NCBI GenBank assembly: GCA_951406725.2
Contig: OX597830.1
Coordinates: forward strand, 4,774,001-4,838,000
DNA: 64,000 bases
Direction: 5' to 3'
Source: Octopus vulgaris
Lineage: Eukaryota
Shown piece by piece: positions 12,854 through 26,212 of the stretch (the stretch's first letter is position 1; each line of letters opens with the position of its first letter). Position numbers and translations under genes: made by a program. The notes below the pieces were generated by a model. That model worked only from the letters and a program-made list of their open reading frames with translations, was not told the origin of the DNA and did no database searches.

Positions 12854-13529
12854 GTGAATGGGGCCCATGCGAACATCGTTGGTGTGGCGAAAATGGAACA
12901 AAAACGCGGACTTTGAAATGTGTTGGTGTATACGGAGAAACAGTGGATATAGCGAGATGCGATAACGTCCACAGACCGGCAACACAGGAAAACTGTTATA
13001 AACCTTGTAATCATCACAGAAGTAATTTCAACTGGGAAATTGGTACCTGGGGAAAATGTAAGCCATTTTTGCCAACATTAGCTTGTAAAAGGCAGGTGGG
13101 TCTTCAGACTCGACCTGTCAAATGTTTCTCAGTGAAAGACAAAAAAGTAAGAGATGATGATGTATGTAGTTACTTCTTAAGAAAACCCAACACGGAAAGA
13201 GAGTGTCAGGTCTATTGCCCGCAGGACTGTATTGTTAGTGAATTTTCAAACTGGAGTTCTTGTGATTCTTGTACTTACATCAATAAAACAAGAACGCGAA
13301 CTGTGGTGGTTCCTCCTTTTGCTGGTGGTAAACCTTGTCCTGTTCTTTCTGAGATGAGACCTTGTCCAAAATGCATCGATTCTTTTACATTTAAAATTGG
13401 ACCATGGAGAAAATGTATGGAAATTCACACTAAAAATTCAGTTCATAAACAAAGATTTCATCATTACATTGGATACCAGGAAAGGGATATAAGTTGTCTT
13501 GGGCGACATGGAAGACTTGTTCCTCTAAA
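12854..13529 (+). CDS. THSD7A: Internal coding exon of a thrombospondin type-1 domain-containing protein 7 (THSD7A/B)-like gene
   Basis: Cys/Trp-rich open frame GEWGPC..CGENGTKTRTLKC..RPATQENCYKPC..WEIGTWGKC..GLQTRPVKC..CPQDCIVSEFSNWSSC..RTRTVVVPPFAGGKPCPVLSEMRPC..IGYQERDISC matches the N-terminal TSP1 array of THSD7A as I recall it. The acceptor is a polypyrimidine tract + CAG (ttttattttccag|g, AG 12852-12853) and the donor is AA|GTAAGT (GT 13530-13531). Phase 1 start, phase 2 end. THSD7A vs THSD7B orthology cannot be resolved. Confidence 0.92.
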
Positions 13530-14610
13530 GTAAGTGATAACATCTTTCATTTTCCTTCCATTTCACTGTAACAGAAAAAATTACTTTGAAGTTTATTGAA
13601 CAAGTGTGCAATGTTGTTGTTTGACCCTGAGTCAGCTATAATTGTCTATATTCCAGGCAGTACTGGCAACGACCTTGCTCGAATCTTTTTACACATACCA
13701 CTGGCCCTGGTGCCAGTAAGGCAGTGCTGGTAATGATCACGGAAGCCAGTTAGCCCTTTTGGCAACGATCATGCTCAGATGGTGCTCTTAGCACCCTACT
13801 AACATGGGGCACAAGTGCCAGTAAGGCAAACAACATGAAATGAATACCTTGCTTAAGGTCACAATGCACCCCTCAATCTAGAAATTGAACCAATGACTTT
13901 CTGATTGAGAGACCAACACCCTAGATGCAAAGTTACAGATGCCTTCCCTCCACACCTGCCACCTCATCACATATACAAGTCTAACACTTCATTTACATTA
14001 AATATTTTCACTCTGATTTCCTATTTGCAATATGACCATCTACAAAGTGAAATATTACTAATCAATTTTTGTTTTCTTTTCATAATATGATTTTGGAGGT
14101 GATGACAATATGTAACACTAGAGCCAATCAGTTTTAATAGAATGTTGAATACTCCATTGCTGGTATACATTTCACAATAAACTTCTGTTCCAATAATTCC
14201 AGATTCCCCCCCCCCCCACCTCTTCTCATATATCTTCTTAGTAGCACTTCTATTAACTTTCTAACAAAATGTGATCATTGTTAAGTCTTACTCTCCATTA
14301 TATTTTGGGTGATAGGTTTCAAATTCTTTGGAATATATTTTGTCAATAAATTCTTCCTAACTCAGGCAACACCTATCAACTCATCAAAGAATTTGTGTCA
14401 AATGTAAATTTACTTCTCTACAACACTTTATTACATGTTCTGTTCTACACCATTTTTATTCTCTCGACAACTTTCTAATATCAAGTGATTCAAATTTATA
14501 TTTTTCAATACTTCATGCACCTTTACACTACTGAGTTTGAATTTCTCTAAAATCTATTAACTCCATATTATGGAAATTAATCTTTATTAATGGTGATGAT
14601 GATGATGATG

Positions 14611-15178
14611 ACCAAACCTGCACAGGATCCAATATTGTGATGTAAATTGATAATATTGTGTAAACTGGGGGGTTTATACTGTCACAGCAACGACCTCAGA
14701 CAGACAGTACTTTATGCAGTTCCAAGTAAAACCGATTTTTGCAAAGCACAAAGATTGTAGGGTATTTATAAAGTGTCCAGAGGTTTCTGCAGTGGGGGTG
14801 GTGTTCAACCCAATCCTTCAATGACACAGGAACATCCTTTACGCTTGAATCTTGCAGCAACCACATCTTGGTGATCTCAATTTGCAGGTCTCCATATCTG
14901 TCAACCTTTTCTCTTTCTTTCAAGATAATAAGTCGATCTCCTGGCACTGCCATGTCAATCATTAGGCACCTCTAACACCTTGTAGGTCTGGAAGTCCCAG
15001 AAGACCTTTGCCTTCCTGTTTTTGCCCATTACCTTTCTCGGTGTATGTTGGTACCAAGTGTGCCTGTTATCTCATATCCGTACCTCTGGTACAAGAGCAA
15101 GTGAAGTTTTACAGCTACTTTGTCATGTCTGTGCTCGTAATCTTCCAGTGCAAAACTTTCATAGGCACTAATGATGAA
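14611..15178 (-). mobile_element. 3' fragment of an R4/Dong-like non-LTR retrotransposon (restriction-like endonuclease domain), frameshifted
   Basis: Minus strand IISAYESFALEDYEHRHDKVAVKLHLLLYQRYGYE / WYQHTPRKVMGKNRKAKVFWDFQTYKVLE / IDMAVPGDRLIILKEREKVDRYGDLQIEITKMW..V.DVPV matches the RHD..WYxH..WDF..D.AVP.D..KE.EK..Y.DL RLE consensus. It ends in a (CAT)n run and begins at a TAA-rich run. Confidence 0.88.
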
Positions 15179-15204
15179 TATTATAATTATTATTATTTCT
15201 AAGA

Positions 15205-15850
15205 GGCAGCAGGCTGGCAGAATCGTTAGTGTGCCAGGTGAAATGCTTAGCGGTATTTTGTTTCTCTTTATGTCCTGAGTTCAAATTCTGCTGATTTTCA
15301 CTTTGCTTTTCACCCTTTTGGGGGTCGATAAATTAAGTACCAGTTGAGTACTGGGGGTTGATGTTATCGACTATCCCCCTTCCCCAAATTTCGGGCCTTG
15401 TGCCTATTGTAGAAAGGATTATTATTATTAAGGCAGCAAGCTAGCAGAATCATTAGCATTCTCAGTAGCATTTCATTCATCTTTATGTTCTGAGTCCAAA
15501 TTCCACCAAGGTTGACTTTGCCTTTCATCCTTTTGGGGTCTATAAATTAAGTACCCGTGAAACCCTAGGGATCAATGTAATCAACTAGCCCCTTCCCCCT
15601 AAATTTCAGGCCCTGTGCCTTTAGTAGAAAGGATTATTATTATCATCATTAAGGTGGCAATCTGGCAGAATGGATAACAAGTCAAACAAAATGCTTCGTA
15701 GCATTTCATCCATCCTTACTTTCTGAGTTCAAATTCTGCTGAGATCAACCTTGTCTTTCATCTTTTCAGGGTTGATGAAATAGTACTGGGGTTGATGTAA
15801 TTGTCTATCCCCAATTCCCACCAAAATTTTGTCAATAGTAGAAAGGATTG
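15205..15850 (+). mobile_element. Three tandem family-A SINE copies separated by (TAT)n
   Basis: ggcagc(g)agctggcagaat..gagttcaaattc..gactttgcctttcatccttttggggtcgataaattaagtacc..gtagaaaggattatt at 15205, 15431 and 15652. Confidence 0.85.
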
Positions 15851-16441
15851 TTGTTGTTGTTATTATTATTATTACTATTATTATTATTCTTACTGACTGA
15901 GAATATACCCATCATGGCTACCCATCTGAAAAGGGTACACAAGGCTCAAACATCTTAAATATATGTACAAGACATGGTGATCTCATATCAAAATAAAGAG
16001 CACAGGGTCTTTTTGCATGTGGGGCCCAGCTAGAATTTTCTTCAGACCATGTAGCTCATCCACCTCAAAAAATCCCTGAATAAGGTTTGTTTAAGGATGA
16101 TGAATGAAACACCCATGTTTCCAGATGTGAATTATTCAAACTCCAAAGTATTCCTCTCAACACATGACTATGATGCTCCTCCACTATTCCTGCTCATGAT
16201 CAGAGATGCACATATCATCAGCCATAAAATATAGAGGGCTTGAATGGCTGCTACAGCCTGGCCTCTGCCTTTTAAGATGTCATGAAACCACTTTCCCAGT
16301 TTTCCAACTAATCCAAGTCTTTGCTATTTGTGGCATATCATTCTATGATCAACCTTTAAGATATATCACATCCATATCTGAGCAATTCAATTTAACATAT
16401 GTATATGCACACATATAAAAGTGTGTACATATAAATATAAA

Positions 16442-16478
<37 letters not shown>

Positions 16479-18722
16479 CAGAGACAGACAGATAGATTTA
16501 TATATAAAGCAATGAAGCTATTACAATCAAGAGTCAAATATATACTGGTGTCATAATTTACTTGGTGTATGAAAGAGAATTTAACATGAAATTTTGAGGG
16601 AAGTTTTTCATTTCAATAAGTCTAATACAAAAAGTTTGTACCATAGAAGCATTGGTGGTCACATTGGTGTCAAAAGGTTTAGTCCAGCTCACTCTAGACA
16701 CAAATTATTTATTTAAAGATCACTACAATATACTCTGAATAATTAAAGCAAAAATGATTCATGAGCTATATTTCAGGTCTTCTAATATTTCTGGCAGTAA
16801 AACATGCTTTTCGTTGGTATACTGTTCAGTTAAGAAGTGTCAACAATTATTTTTAACTGAATTTTGAAATTTTAAAATAACGCTGCAGTTAACTGCCATG
16901 CTGAATGGGAATTAAATTTACTTTCAAATTTCAGAATAGAAGAAATTATCTCACTTTTAAATTTTGTGGTAATTTTAATTTATGTTAATTATAAAATAGC
17001 AATGACATTGACATGAATCATAACTTCCAACCAAATATCATACCTGTCCTTTATTTTTTTTTAATTGCAGATTGATAAGGGAGCTCAAAACACAAATGAT
17101 TTTTCAAATTTATTATTTTAGTGGGTTTTTTTTCTTTCTCTCTTCTTAAAGGAACATATAACTACCTTTGTAATTGCTGTCAGGAAAATTTTTGAGCTCT
17201 GTGTTTTCATATAAGCTCTAATTAGCATTGTATTAATTGATGCTGCCCAATTTCTAAGATACTATTGAACTTTTTTTTTTAATTACATTTGATTAAACAG
17301 AATAATAAAGTAGTACACAGGCCATCAGCATTTTTTCTTTCTTCTTCTTTGCTTGGTGATTTGAAATATAAACATAATCTGAGAACTTCAAATAAAAACC
17401 AACTGAAATTGATGCCAACACTAATTAGGGACAGTAGAAGAAAACAATGACTTTCTAAATAATTACTTTGACAAAGAAAATAAAGAAATTTAGTGTAAAC
17501 AATAATAATGGTTTGTAATTTAGGCATAAGACCAACAATTTTGAGGTGGGGGTGGAGGTTATGCTTTGTCAAAGCAAGTACATGACTAGTACTTTATTAA
17601 TCCTTGGAGGGATGAAAGGCAAAGTTGACCTCGGTGTAATTCGAACTCAGAAAGCAAGGAACTGAAAGACAAGCAGCTTAGCATTTTCTTCAACATTCAA
17701 ACCATTCTGATAATAAGAAATGACCGCTAACACTGAAAAATAGAGACAGTTATTTGTTGAAGAATATTGTTTTGGCAATCCTTTATCCTTTCTATGTGAG
17801 TGTTGAGACACTTCCTTTCAGTTCATTTTATTCATTATAAATTATAATGAAATTAGTTTATGTAAAGATCATATTTTCCTGCACATACAATATTCAGTAA
17901 GTAATTATAATATAATTTAAACTTCTCATAATTCAAATATACAAGTGTTAAGTTTACGTGCTAATATTAAAAATCTCAATCTTCATTTTATAAACATAAA
18001 ACGTCATAAAATTGTCAATGTTGGAAGATTCTGGAGGAATTGATTAAATATTTGGTGAAGTTCAGTTCAACAAGTTGATAATTTATTCCTTAAAAATATG
18101 TAATAACTTCCAGTACAAAACTCCATGATAATATTATTTAAATCATGATGTGAAAGCTTTTATTTACACTCCATTATACATTTTCTTATTTAATTCCTAA
18201 TGTAATCACTTTCAGATTAAAACTTCGTAACACATTCTGATATTTGGATCCTGGTGTAATAACCGCTTCATCATGCATACTGCTATTTATATCATGATGT
18301 TATGTCAGTATGAAACCCCATTATATATTGTTATTGAAATCTTGATATAACTTTTGATATTAATCACCATAATACATGTTATTCAACTGGTGCTGCCTAA
18401 TATAAACTACCCAACTATTTCCATCACAAATACAGATATTTTATAAGTGTTATTACCCTATCACTTACAAAGTGTTCATTTCACCTCCAAAACAGGTGGG
18501 AATGTTAATTATGTTCTAAAGGCTAAATATATATCAGAAATATACTAAAAAATCCTCATATTCTTTCCCTGCTAAAATAATTATATATTGAGAATATGTC
18601 AGGTAGAAATTAACTTTGATAATTCAAAGCCAATAGCTTATCACTTCCAAAAAGTAAACATGGCAAATATTTTTAGGGCACATTTATAAACATATCTCTT
18701 TTATCTCAAGTCACCCTGTAAA

Positions 18723-18938
18723 CAAGGAGTGCTGAAAATTTCCTGGTTTTAAGGGTATTGCAAAAGGCCTGGTTGGAGGCCCTACCTTTTGAGTTCTTTT
18801 ACAGGGCTTAGAAAAACTGAAGGACCACTGCAATAAGTGTGTGAACCTGAGAAGGGAATATGCTGAACAAAATCATAATTGACTGATCCCTCTGTATTTT
18901 CTTTTACCCAAAGCCTGGAACTTTTCAACACCCCTTCA
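18723..18938 (+). mobile_element. Non-autonomous mariner (Tc1/mariner) deletion derivative
   Basis: ~28-bp TIRs caaggagtgctgaaaatttcctggtttt / aaagcctggaacttttcaacacccct. The interior encodes QGLEKLKDHCNKCVNLRREYAE, matching the mariner transposase C-terminus (G..KL..RW.KC....G.Y.E). Confidence 0.85.
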
Positions 18939-20175
18939 CAAATGGTAATACTGTATTTCAGTGCATCATTTACCTCCCTTACAGTCTTCATATAGATTGC
19001 ACCCATTCAGATTTAGTTATATTTTTCCAGACATATGTATATCTTCTGCGAACAAAAACATTTTGCCTAATGAACCTAAAAATCCACAGCATTAAAACTC
19101 CATAACATGAAAACAATGATACTCATTAACACAATGATACTCATTATAAATTCTACTGTAAATGGGGCATTATATCTCTGTGGTGACTCTTCATGTATTT
19201 CACCTAAGCAAAACTACCTTATTGCTTGACCTTCTGTTTTCAGAACCAGATAATACTTCAGCAAAGAAGATCTGATCACAATCTATCAGAACTACAACAT
19301 ATGCCACCTGATGGAATATTGTTCACATATTTAAGACATGTAAAATTTTGTGGGCAACGTTTTCACTCTGTCAGTATTATTCTAACATAAGTTCACCCTC
19401 GGCAGCCTCTGTTACCATTACAACAGTTTCTAAACTTGACTAGAATTTTGTTATTTATTCCATGGTTTTTGTATTTTCTTTTGAAATAACTAGTGGCGTG
19501 GTTGGGGTGTCAAAATTAAACTCAATAAATCTTCTCCAGTTATGATTATCATCCAACTGAAGACAGTCCAAAAGAGATTTTCTTCTCTAGAAATTAAATT
19601 GCTTAATATTTAGTGTTGTGTGACAATCAGCTAAAACAGAGTCACTGTTCATATCAACCCAACAGGAATTCGTAAAAAATACCTGAAACTTCCATGTTTT
19701 TCTCTTTCTTACCAACTTATTTCCATTTCACATTTGTTGGCAAGAAAGAGGTATTTCACACACACACGATAAAGGTATGTGTTCTAATTGGATTGGACTC
19801 ACAAGTATAAGATTATGGGTTCAACTCCTGAACCAAGCAGTGTCTTGTGTCCTTCAACAAAGAGCAATATTTATTGCTGCTCAATTCAAATGAGTAACAA
19901 GTATTTATACAGGCCTCTCTCTTGCCAACCATTACATTCTGGCTGTTTCTCCGGGTCACAAGGAGTCAGAGCTGAGAGGATGTTGACAAGGGCATCTGCA
20001 ATCATTACATGACACCAATTCACATTGGTTTTATATGACAGATGTAGTAGCATTCATGCATGCCAACATACACATGGCAGCCTGATAAAGAATGCTATAT
20101 ACCCACAACTTTAAAGTCACTGTCATGTGTTCCCAAAAGTTATGAAGTAATCTCTCAATTCAATGGGATTTTTTC

Positions 20176-20599
20176 ATATATATATATATATATACACACA
20201 TAAAAAAAATTAATGTGTGTGTGTGTGTGTGTGTCCGTCCATAGGTATGGAAACAGTAAGAGGAGGAGTTACCAAACCTTGTTATGGTTTGGTGGCATAT
20301 ACCTATTTCTTGTACTGGTATGACTCCAAAAATGCCAAGTTGTCATGGTTACATTAAGCCTGGCAGCCTAGATCTGGTGTTACCAATTTTCATATCTTCC
20401 AAAAGCAATCGTCAGCCACAAGAAAACTTCTTCCATAACACACAAAGATCATTTCTCAGATTTATTGAGTCCAGTTTTATAGAAATGGTTAAATTTCCTT
20501 GCTTTTTTTTTTTTTTTTACCATTAATGTTGTTTCTATGAAACACTTTCCATTTATATTTGGAATAAATTAATCATATATTACTGCATTCTCCAACTAG
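20176..20599 (+). mobile_element. Possible decayed non-autonomous Helitron
   Basis: (TA)n-AAAA-(TG)n-tccgtcc start and a ..ccaaCTAG|T end; no clear subterminal hairpin. Confidence 0.25.
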
Positions 20600-21035
20600 T
20601 TTCACCCCATTCTATGGCTCCACAATTTAGTTTTCTATAACATTCCATTTGGTTTTAAGTAACATTCACGGAAGTAATTTAGAATTGAAGCAACGAACTG
20701 CGTCCATTATTATCGGAAATCAAAGGACTATAAACTACGTTTTTTCTTCAATCTTTTTTTTTTCTTTAGTTTTCTTTTTTAAATTTGTTTTAAACTGAAG
20801 CAGTAAAAACTTCACATTTTCGTTAGGGAATATCAAAATATCTCTATAATTACATATTTCTACATAGCATTACCATTTTGTTATCGATCAACTTTGTATT
20901 TGCAATCTCATATACTATATATATTAAAAACTTTAATTATTATTAAATATTATATCATTATTTATTTGATATTATTTAAAAAATACTTTTTTAAATTTCA
21001 ACTTTTTGACGATGTTAATGATAATAATAATAATA

Positions 21036-21374
21036 AGGTGGGGGAGCATCATAGCCATGTGTTGAGAAGAATTCTTTGGGGTTTGAATAATTCACCTCTG
21101 GAAACATAGGTGTTTCGTTCAACGTCCTTAAACAACCCTTATTCAGGGACCTTTTGAGTGGGATGGGTTACTCGATCTGAAGAAAATTCTAACTGGGCTC
21201 CACCTGAAAGGTCATGTGCTGTTAATCTTGATATGAGATCACCATGTCGCACACATATAGTTTTGATGCATGTTACTGGTGTACCCTTAGCAGACGGGTA
21301 GTCATGATGGGTATACTGGGCTTCGTATATTTTACCCCAGTGTCACTTTGATGGCATGCTCTGCTCGCTCACTC

Positions 21375-21400
<26 letters not shown>
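21036..21400 (+). mobile_element. 3' end of a retroelement ending in/targeting (AAT)n (family D; minus copies ~15900-16225 and 48790-49330)
   Basis: Three copies share ~340 bp (gggagcatcatagccatgtgttgag..cccagtgtcactttgatggcatgc..ctc). All lie in AAT/TAT repeats and are truncated at variable points. Confidence 0.8.
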
Positions 21401-21409
<9 letters not shown>

Positions 21410-22455
21410 TAATAGTAATAATAATAATGGTTTCCCATTTCAACACAAGGTGAGCAATATTAATGGGGATGGATTCATTCGACAACAGACTCTTATACCT
21501 TACAGGTACTTCATTGACTCAAGCAGATGAATGGCAAAACTGACGCATATAAGATTTGAACGCAGAATGCAAAGAAAGCACATTTCTAATGCTTTAAAGA
21601 TTCTGCCAGTTTAACACTTTACCCATTTTTTTGTAAATATCAATAATAATTGCTTTACAAAGTCTGGAATCAGTAAAATATTGTCTGTGCAACATATATT
21701 TGTTTTATTTTTTTGTAACATGTCATGTTTTTGAAGTGGGGGGGTAGGCAAGCATGGCACTTTTCTGAGCTTCTCAGATAATGGAAGCAAATGAAGTTAT
21801 CCACAGGCCTGGCCCTAAAGCTTGCCGCAGGATGGATTCCATTCAAGGTACTCTAGAGCCAGGTGGTGGTGTAAAACTAGTCAGCTGATTAAGTCTGCCA
21901 CCCCCGTACCAGTAATTGTCATAATAATCATAATATGATCAGCAAACATACTACTACTATTACTACTACTACTGGTAATAATAATAACAATGATAATGAG
22001 GAACATAAAAATAAAGTAAGTGGTTATGGTAGACCTGCCAGAGTGTCAGACACTACACCTTGTAGCATCTAATTACAGCTTTTCATGCTCAGAATTCAAA
22101 TCTCAGTGAGATCATCATCATCATCATCATTTGACATCCGTTTTCCATGCTAGCATGGGTTGGACAGTTTGACAGGAACTGGCATTTCAGAAGTCTGCAC
22201 CAAGCTCTGCTGTCTCTTTCAGCATGTTTTCTATGGCACGATGCCCTTTTCCTAATACCAACCACTTTGCAGAGTGTACTGGGTGCTTTTTATATGGCAC
22301 CAGCAGCAGTGAGGTCACCAAGTAACTTGCAGAAAAATACCCCTTCGACTGGTGCTAAGGAGAAGTATTGTGGAGGTGCGTTACTTTACAAGATTTCAAA
22401 AGGAGATGTGAGCTAGAAGTGGAGAGGAATGAATGGGACTTAATAGGGAGTATAA

Positions 22456-22685
22456 GCGGCGAGCTGGCAGAAATGTTAGCACGCCGGGCAAAATGCTTAG
22501 CGGCATTTCATCTGCCGTTACGTTCTGAGTTCAAATTACGCCGAGGTCAACTTTGCCCTTCATCCTTTCGGGGTCGATAAATTAAGTACCATTTACGTAG
22601 TGGGGTCGATGTAATCGACTTAATCCTTTTGTCTTTCCTTGTTTGCCCCCTCTACATTTAACCCCTTGTGGGCAATAAAGAAATA
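22456..22685 (+). mobile_element. Young family-A tRNA-derived SINE with TSD
   Basis: A/B-box-like head, retained CpGs, TSD agggagtata at 22445-22454 and 22686-22695. Confidence 0.9.
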
Positions 22686-23238
22686 AGGGAGTATATTGTG
22701 TGCAGGTAGGTGGATATATGAGGGAGAATGGAGGGGAGGGAGAAGCAGCAGTTGTCGACATGGATGAGGTCAATAAAATTCTAATCAAGAACTAGAATAT
22801 GGTATCACCAAAATTACTGGCCATGCATCTAGGTCAAAAAATCATCATCGTTATTATCACTACTACTACTACTGCTTCCATCACCGCCAACAGGTTATAG
22901 GATGAAAAGGAAATGTTGAATGTCAGGAAAACAGTGACACAGGTGGAAGAGGGAAAAAAAAAAATGACTACTAATGAATATAAATGGCAAGTTTCAGAAT
23001 ATTCAGAGATGTGAAGAAAAAGTTATAAATGAATTAGGAAATAATGGAATAACTAAAGAACGTTCAGCTAGAAAGGTTGGCATCATTAAGGGCAATCAAG
23101 ATGGCCAGATTAGTCTTGTCAGCATAAAAAAAAAAGAATCTACTGTGATATCAATGATCTGTTATATTGTGTAAATGTGTACAAGTCACAAAAATATTAT
23201 ACAGAGATTAGAGAAGGAAATCAGATAAAACGGAAGTG

Positions 23239-23385
23239 GAAAGGAGGCTGAAGGGATAGAAGGAGTGAAAGGAGGCTGAAGGGATAGAAGGAGTGAAAGG
23301 AGGCTGAAGGGACAGAAGGAGTGAAAGGAGGCTGAAGGGATAGAAGGAGTGAAAGGAGGCTGAAGGGATAGAAGGAGTGAAAGGG
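23239..23385. repeat. 28-bp minisatellite, ~5.2 copies (GAAAGGAGGCTGAAGGGATAGAAGGAGT)
   Basis: Units start at 23239, 23267, 23295, 23323, 23351 and 23379 (partial); a single T>C variant. Confidence 0.97.
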
Positions 23386-24039
23386 ATTTGAAGTTAGTTT
23401 TCCTTAGGATGAAAACCATCAGAAACAAGAAGCGTTCTGTAGGAAATATAGGTCATGACAAACTGCGGAGATAACAAACTGTAAAAGAAGAAATAGAATG
23501 AAGAACTAAGGTGAAGATGGAAAAGATTGGGAAGATAGTTATGGATAACAAATAGAACAATGAAGTCAAAAACAAAAACAAAAAAGAAATCCAGAGTGTG
23601 TGGAAACAATAAGTGGAAATTTTATGAATAGCTGAGCTGTATTGAAGAATATTATGGAAATGAAATGCCAGATTTAAGAGAATCAAAAAGAAAGTCATCG
23701 GCAAATATTTGAAGTAATGCAGTAGAACATGAAGCAGATGAAGGTTGAACAGAGAAGCTGTTGACGAGATTATTAAATGGCCAAACATTTATTACACATA
23801 AAAGAGATGGCAACGGGACACAAAAGTCGTTGATGGAATTAGTAGAAAATATTATATAGAGAAGAACTAAACTCTACTTAAAGACAAAACAAGAACCAAA
23901 AGAAAATAACCAATTGGTTTTTGGGTTTGAAATGTTTTAAAATGTCTAAAATAGCATCTTGATAAATATTTTGTCAATTTGTGGCATTATATATGAAAGC
24001 TATTTTGTTCTATCATGATTCCTTTTCTTATTTCCAGGC

Positions 24040-24495
24040 TATTCTAAAAGAGGGTATTGTTTTTGGTAACAATGACGCCCAGAACATCACACACTAACTT
24101 TATTTAGAGTTTATCTTTGATCTCTAATACTGTCCACAATCCTATAGATCGACCTTATAAAGCTGTTTACATTTGAAGTTTTGTCTTCATACGAATTCCT
24201 CTCATTGTGAACAACTGTTCTAATATGTCAGAGACCATTCCTAAGAGAATCTCCCACACCACTCTGGTATTACAACTAGCTTTGATGATCACACAGTTAC
24301 AATCTAAATCTTGAGATTGTAATTCCTAACTTGTTCTTTGTCTCTAATTCTGGCATCACCAAATATTGATTTAATATAATAATCTCGCTGCCTCAACATC
24401 AATAATATCTGCTCTCCATCTCTCTCATAAATGATTACATTGAATTTCAAATTCCAAAGAATTTTAAAGGCCTTTAATTCAGTTATATCCAATAG
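24040..24495 (-). mobile_element. Older R4/Dong-like RLE fragment
   Basis: Minus strand KILWNLKFNVII...IFGDARIRDKEQVRNYNLKI..KLVVIP resembles KILWDF..PGDARI.EKE.EK..Y..L..VIPV. Confidence 0.65.
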
Positions 24496-25184
24496 TTGAT
24501 GCTGTTATTGTTGTGGTTATTATTATTAAAATCATAGAATCAGTACAGTAGCAGACAAAATACCTTCTGGTGTTTATATCTTAACCTTCCATCCCTTCTG
24601 AAATCATTACAATATAAGTATCAGCAAAGCATCACCATTATATTTGCGGTCCTTTTGGTTTAATAAAAGAAATTATAATTAATATTATTATTAGACTGGG
24701 ATATTTGGCCCCATAATCACCTAAAAGGAATCATTATTTTTATTATTGTTTGTTTTCTTGTTGTTAGGTGAAATCGATAATGTCTGTAGTGACTCAATAA
24801 TGTTTGCTAGTCTTGAGTGAGGCTGAGGTCTGTTTAATGAGCAGTTTAATGTGGTAGCTTAATGTAATTTCCCGATACATTAAATCAGGAAATATTTCCT
24901 TCAAATTCTGCTTAAACTTGTGTTGAATGCTTTCGGGACTAATCGTTAATGCAGGCAAGTAAATTAACACCTTGATATTCTGAAATCATAGTCAATTAAA
25001 GTTACAATGATAATGTATCTCTCCAGAGAGTAACCATCTCTAAGCCATGCTAACCACAACTTTCCTTCATATGTTACACAGCCACTCGATTAACACCCTC
25101 ACATTTAAAAATATTCACTACCAGCCATAGTGTGTGTATGTAATGTAATTACATACATACACATATGTAAATATGTGTGTATAA

Positions 25185-25240
<56 letters not shown>

Positions 25241-26128
25241 TATCTCTGTAGAAAACCAGTAGAGATAAACTTGAAAATCAGAACATGCACTGCAAACACA
25301 AGAGGAAGGCACAATATTGACTTGTAAACCTATTATAGACTTAGTAGCATATCATGGTTGCAAAATGCAAGTCTGTGTCCTTGATTGTGATTGACATACA
25401 TATACACACACACATATATATATATTTATATATTTATATGTGTGTGTGTGTGTGACTGTTTTTTGCACAAGTAGAAGTGTAAAGGGGAAAAAATGGTTGA
25501 AAGACCTTTAAAAACATTTGTTCACATTTACCTGTCATGTTTCACAATTTCATTGTTTTTGAAAGCTGCGTAAGACGGAAGGAGCTGCAGCTATGCCTGA
25601 TTTAGTCTGGACCTTGGCTGGAATTTGAAATTTTGCTTCTTTTCTTTATTGCTAACCTGAACAACAGTGCCATTTGCATGACACCAGTACCTACCATGAC
25701 TGCAATTTTGCTCAGCTTAATGGGCTTTCTTCTCAAGCACAACATAATGCCAAAGGTCTTGGTCATTTGTCATTGCCACCATGAGGCCCAACACTCAGAA
25801 GTTGCTTTTCTCATACCACTGGCATTGGCCACCTTGCCTCAGTAAGGCCCAATGCTTGAAAGGTGCTTTTTTATGTGCCACTGGCATGGGTGCCAGTTAA
25901 GTGATACCAGCATCAGCCATGACCATGATTTCACTTGGCTTGGTGGGTCTTCTTAAGCACAGAATATCACCAAAGGTCTTGGTCACTAGTCATTGCCTCC
26001 ACGAGGCCCAAATTTCAATGATCATGCTTCGCTACCTTGTCCCATGTCTTCTTCAATCTACCTCTACCACAGGTCCCCTCCACAGTTAGAGATTAGCGAT
26101 TCTTTACACAGCTGTCCTCATGACCATA

Positions 26129-26212
26129 CCTACACATGTTTCAATATCTACCTTCATTCATATTGTGAAATTGTAAAATATGAACGAAAGTAGATATTGA
26201 AACATGTGTAGG
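26129..26212. repeat. Near-perfect 36-bp-arm hairpin
   Basis: cctacacatgtttcaatatctaccttcattcatatt / aatatgaacgaaagtagatattgaaacatgtgtagg; 2 mismatches, 12-nt loop. Confidence 0.9.

Noticed and set aside
22456-22545. tRNA gene (A/B boxes)
   Set aside because: It is the head of a multi-copy SINE with a TSD; no cloverleaf was seen.
23239-23385. CRISPR-like 28-bp repeats
   Set aside because: The units are contiguous with no spacers, and the context is eukaryotic with no cas genes.
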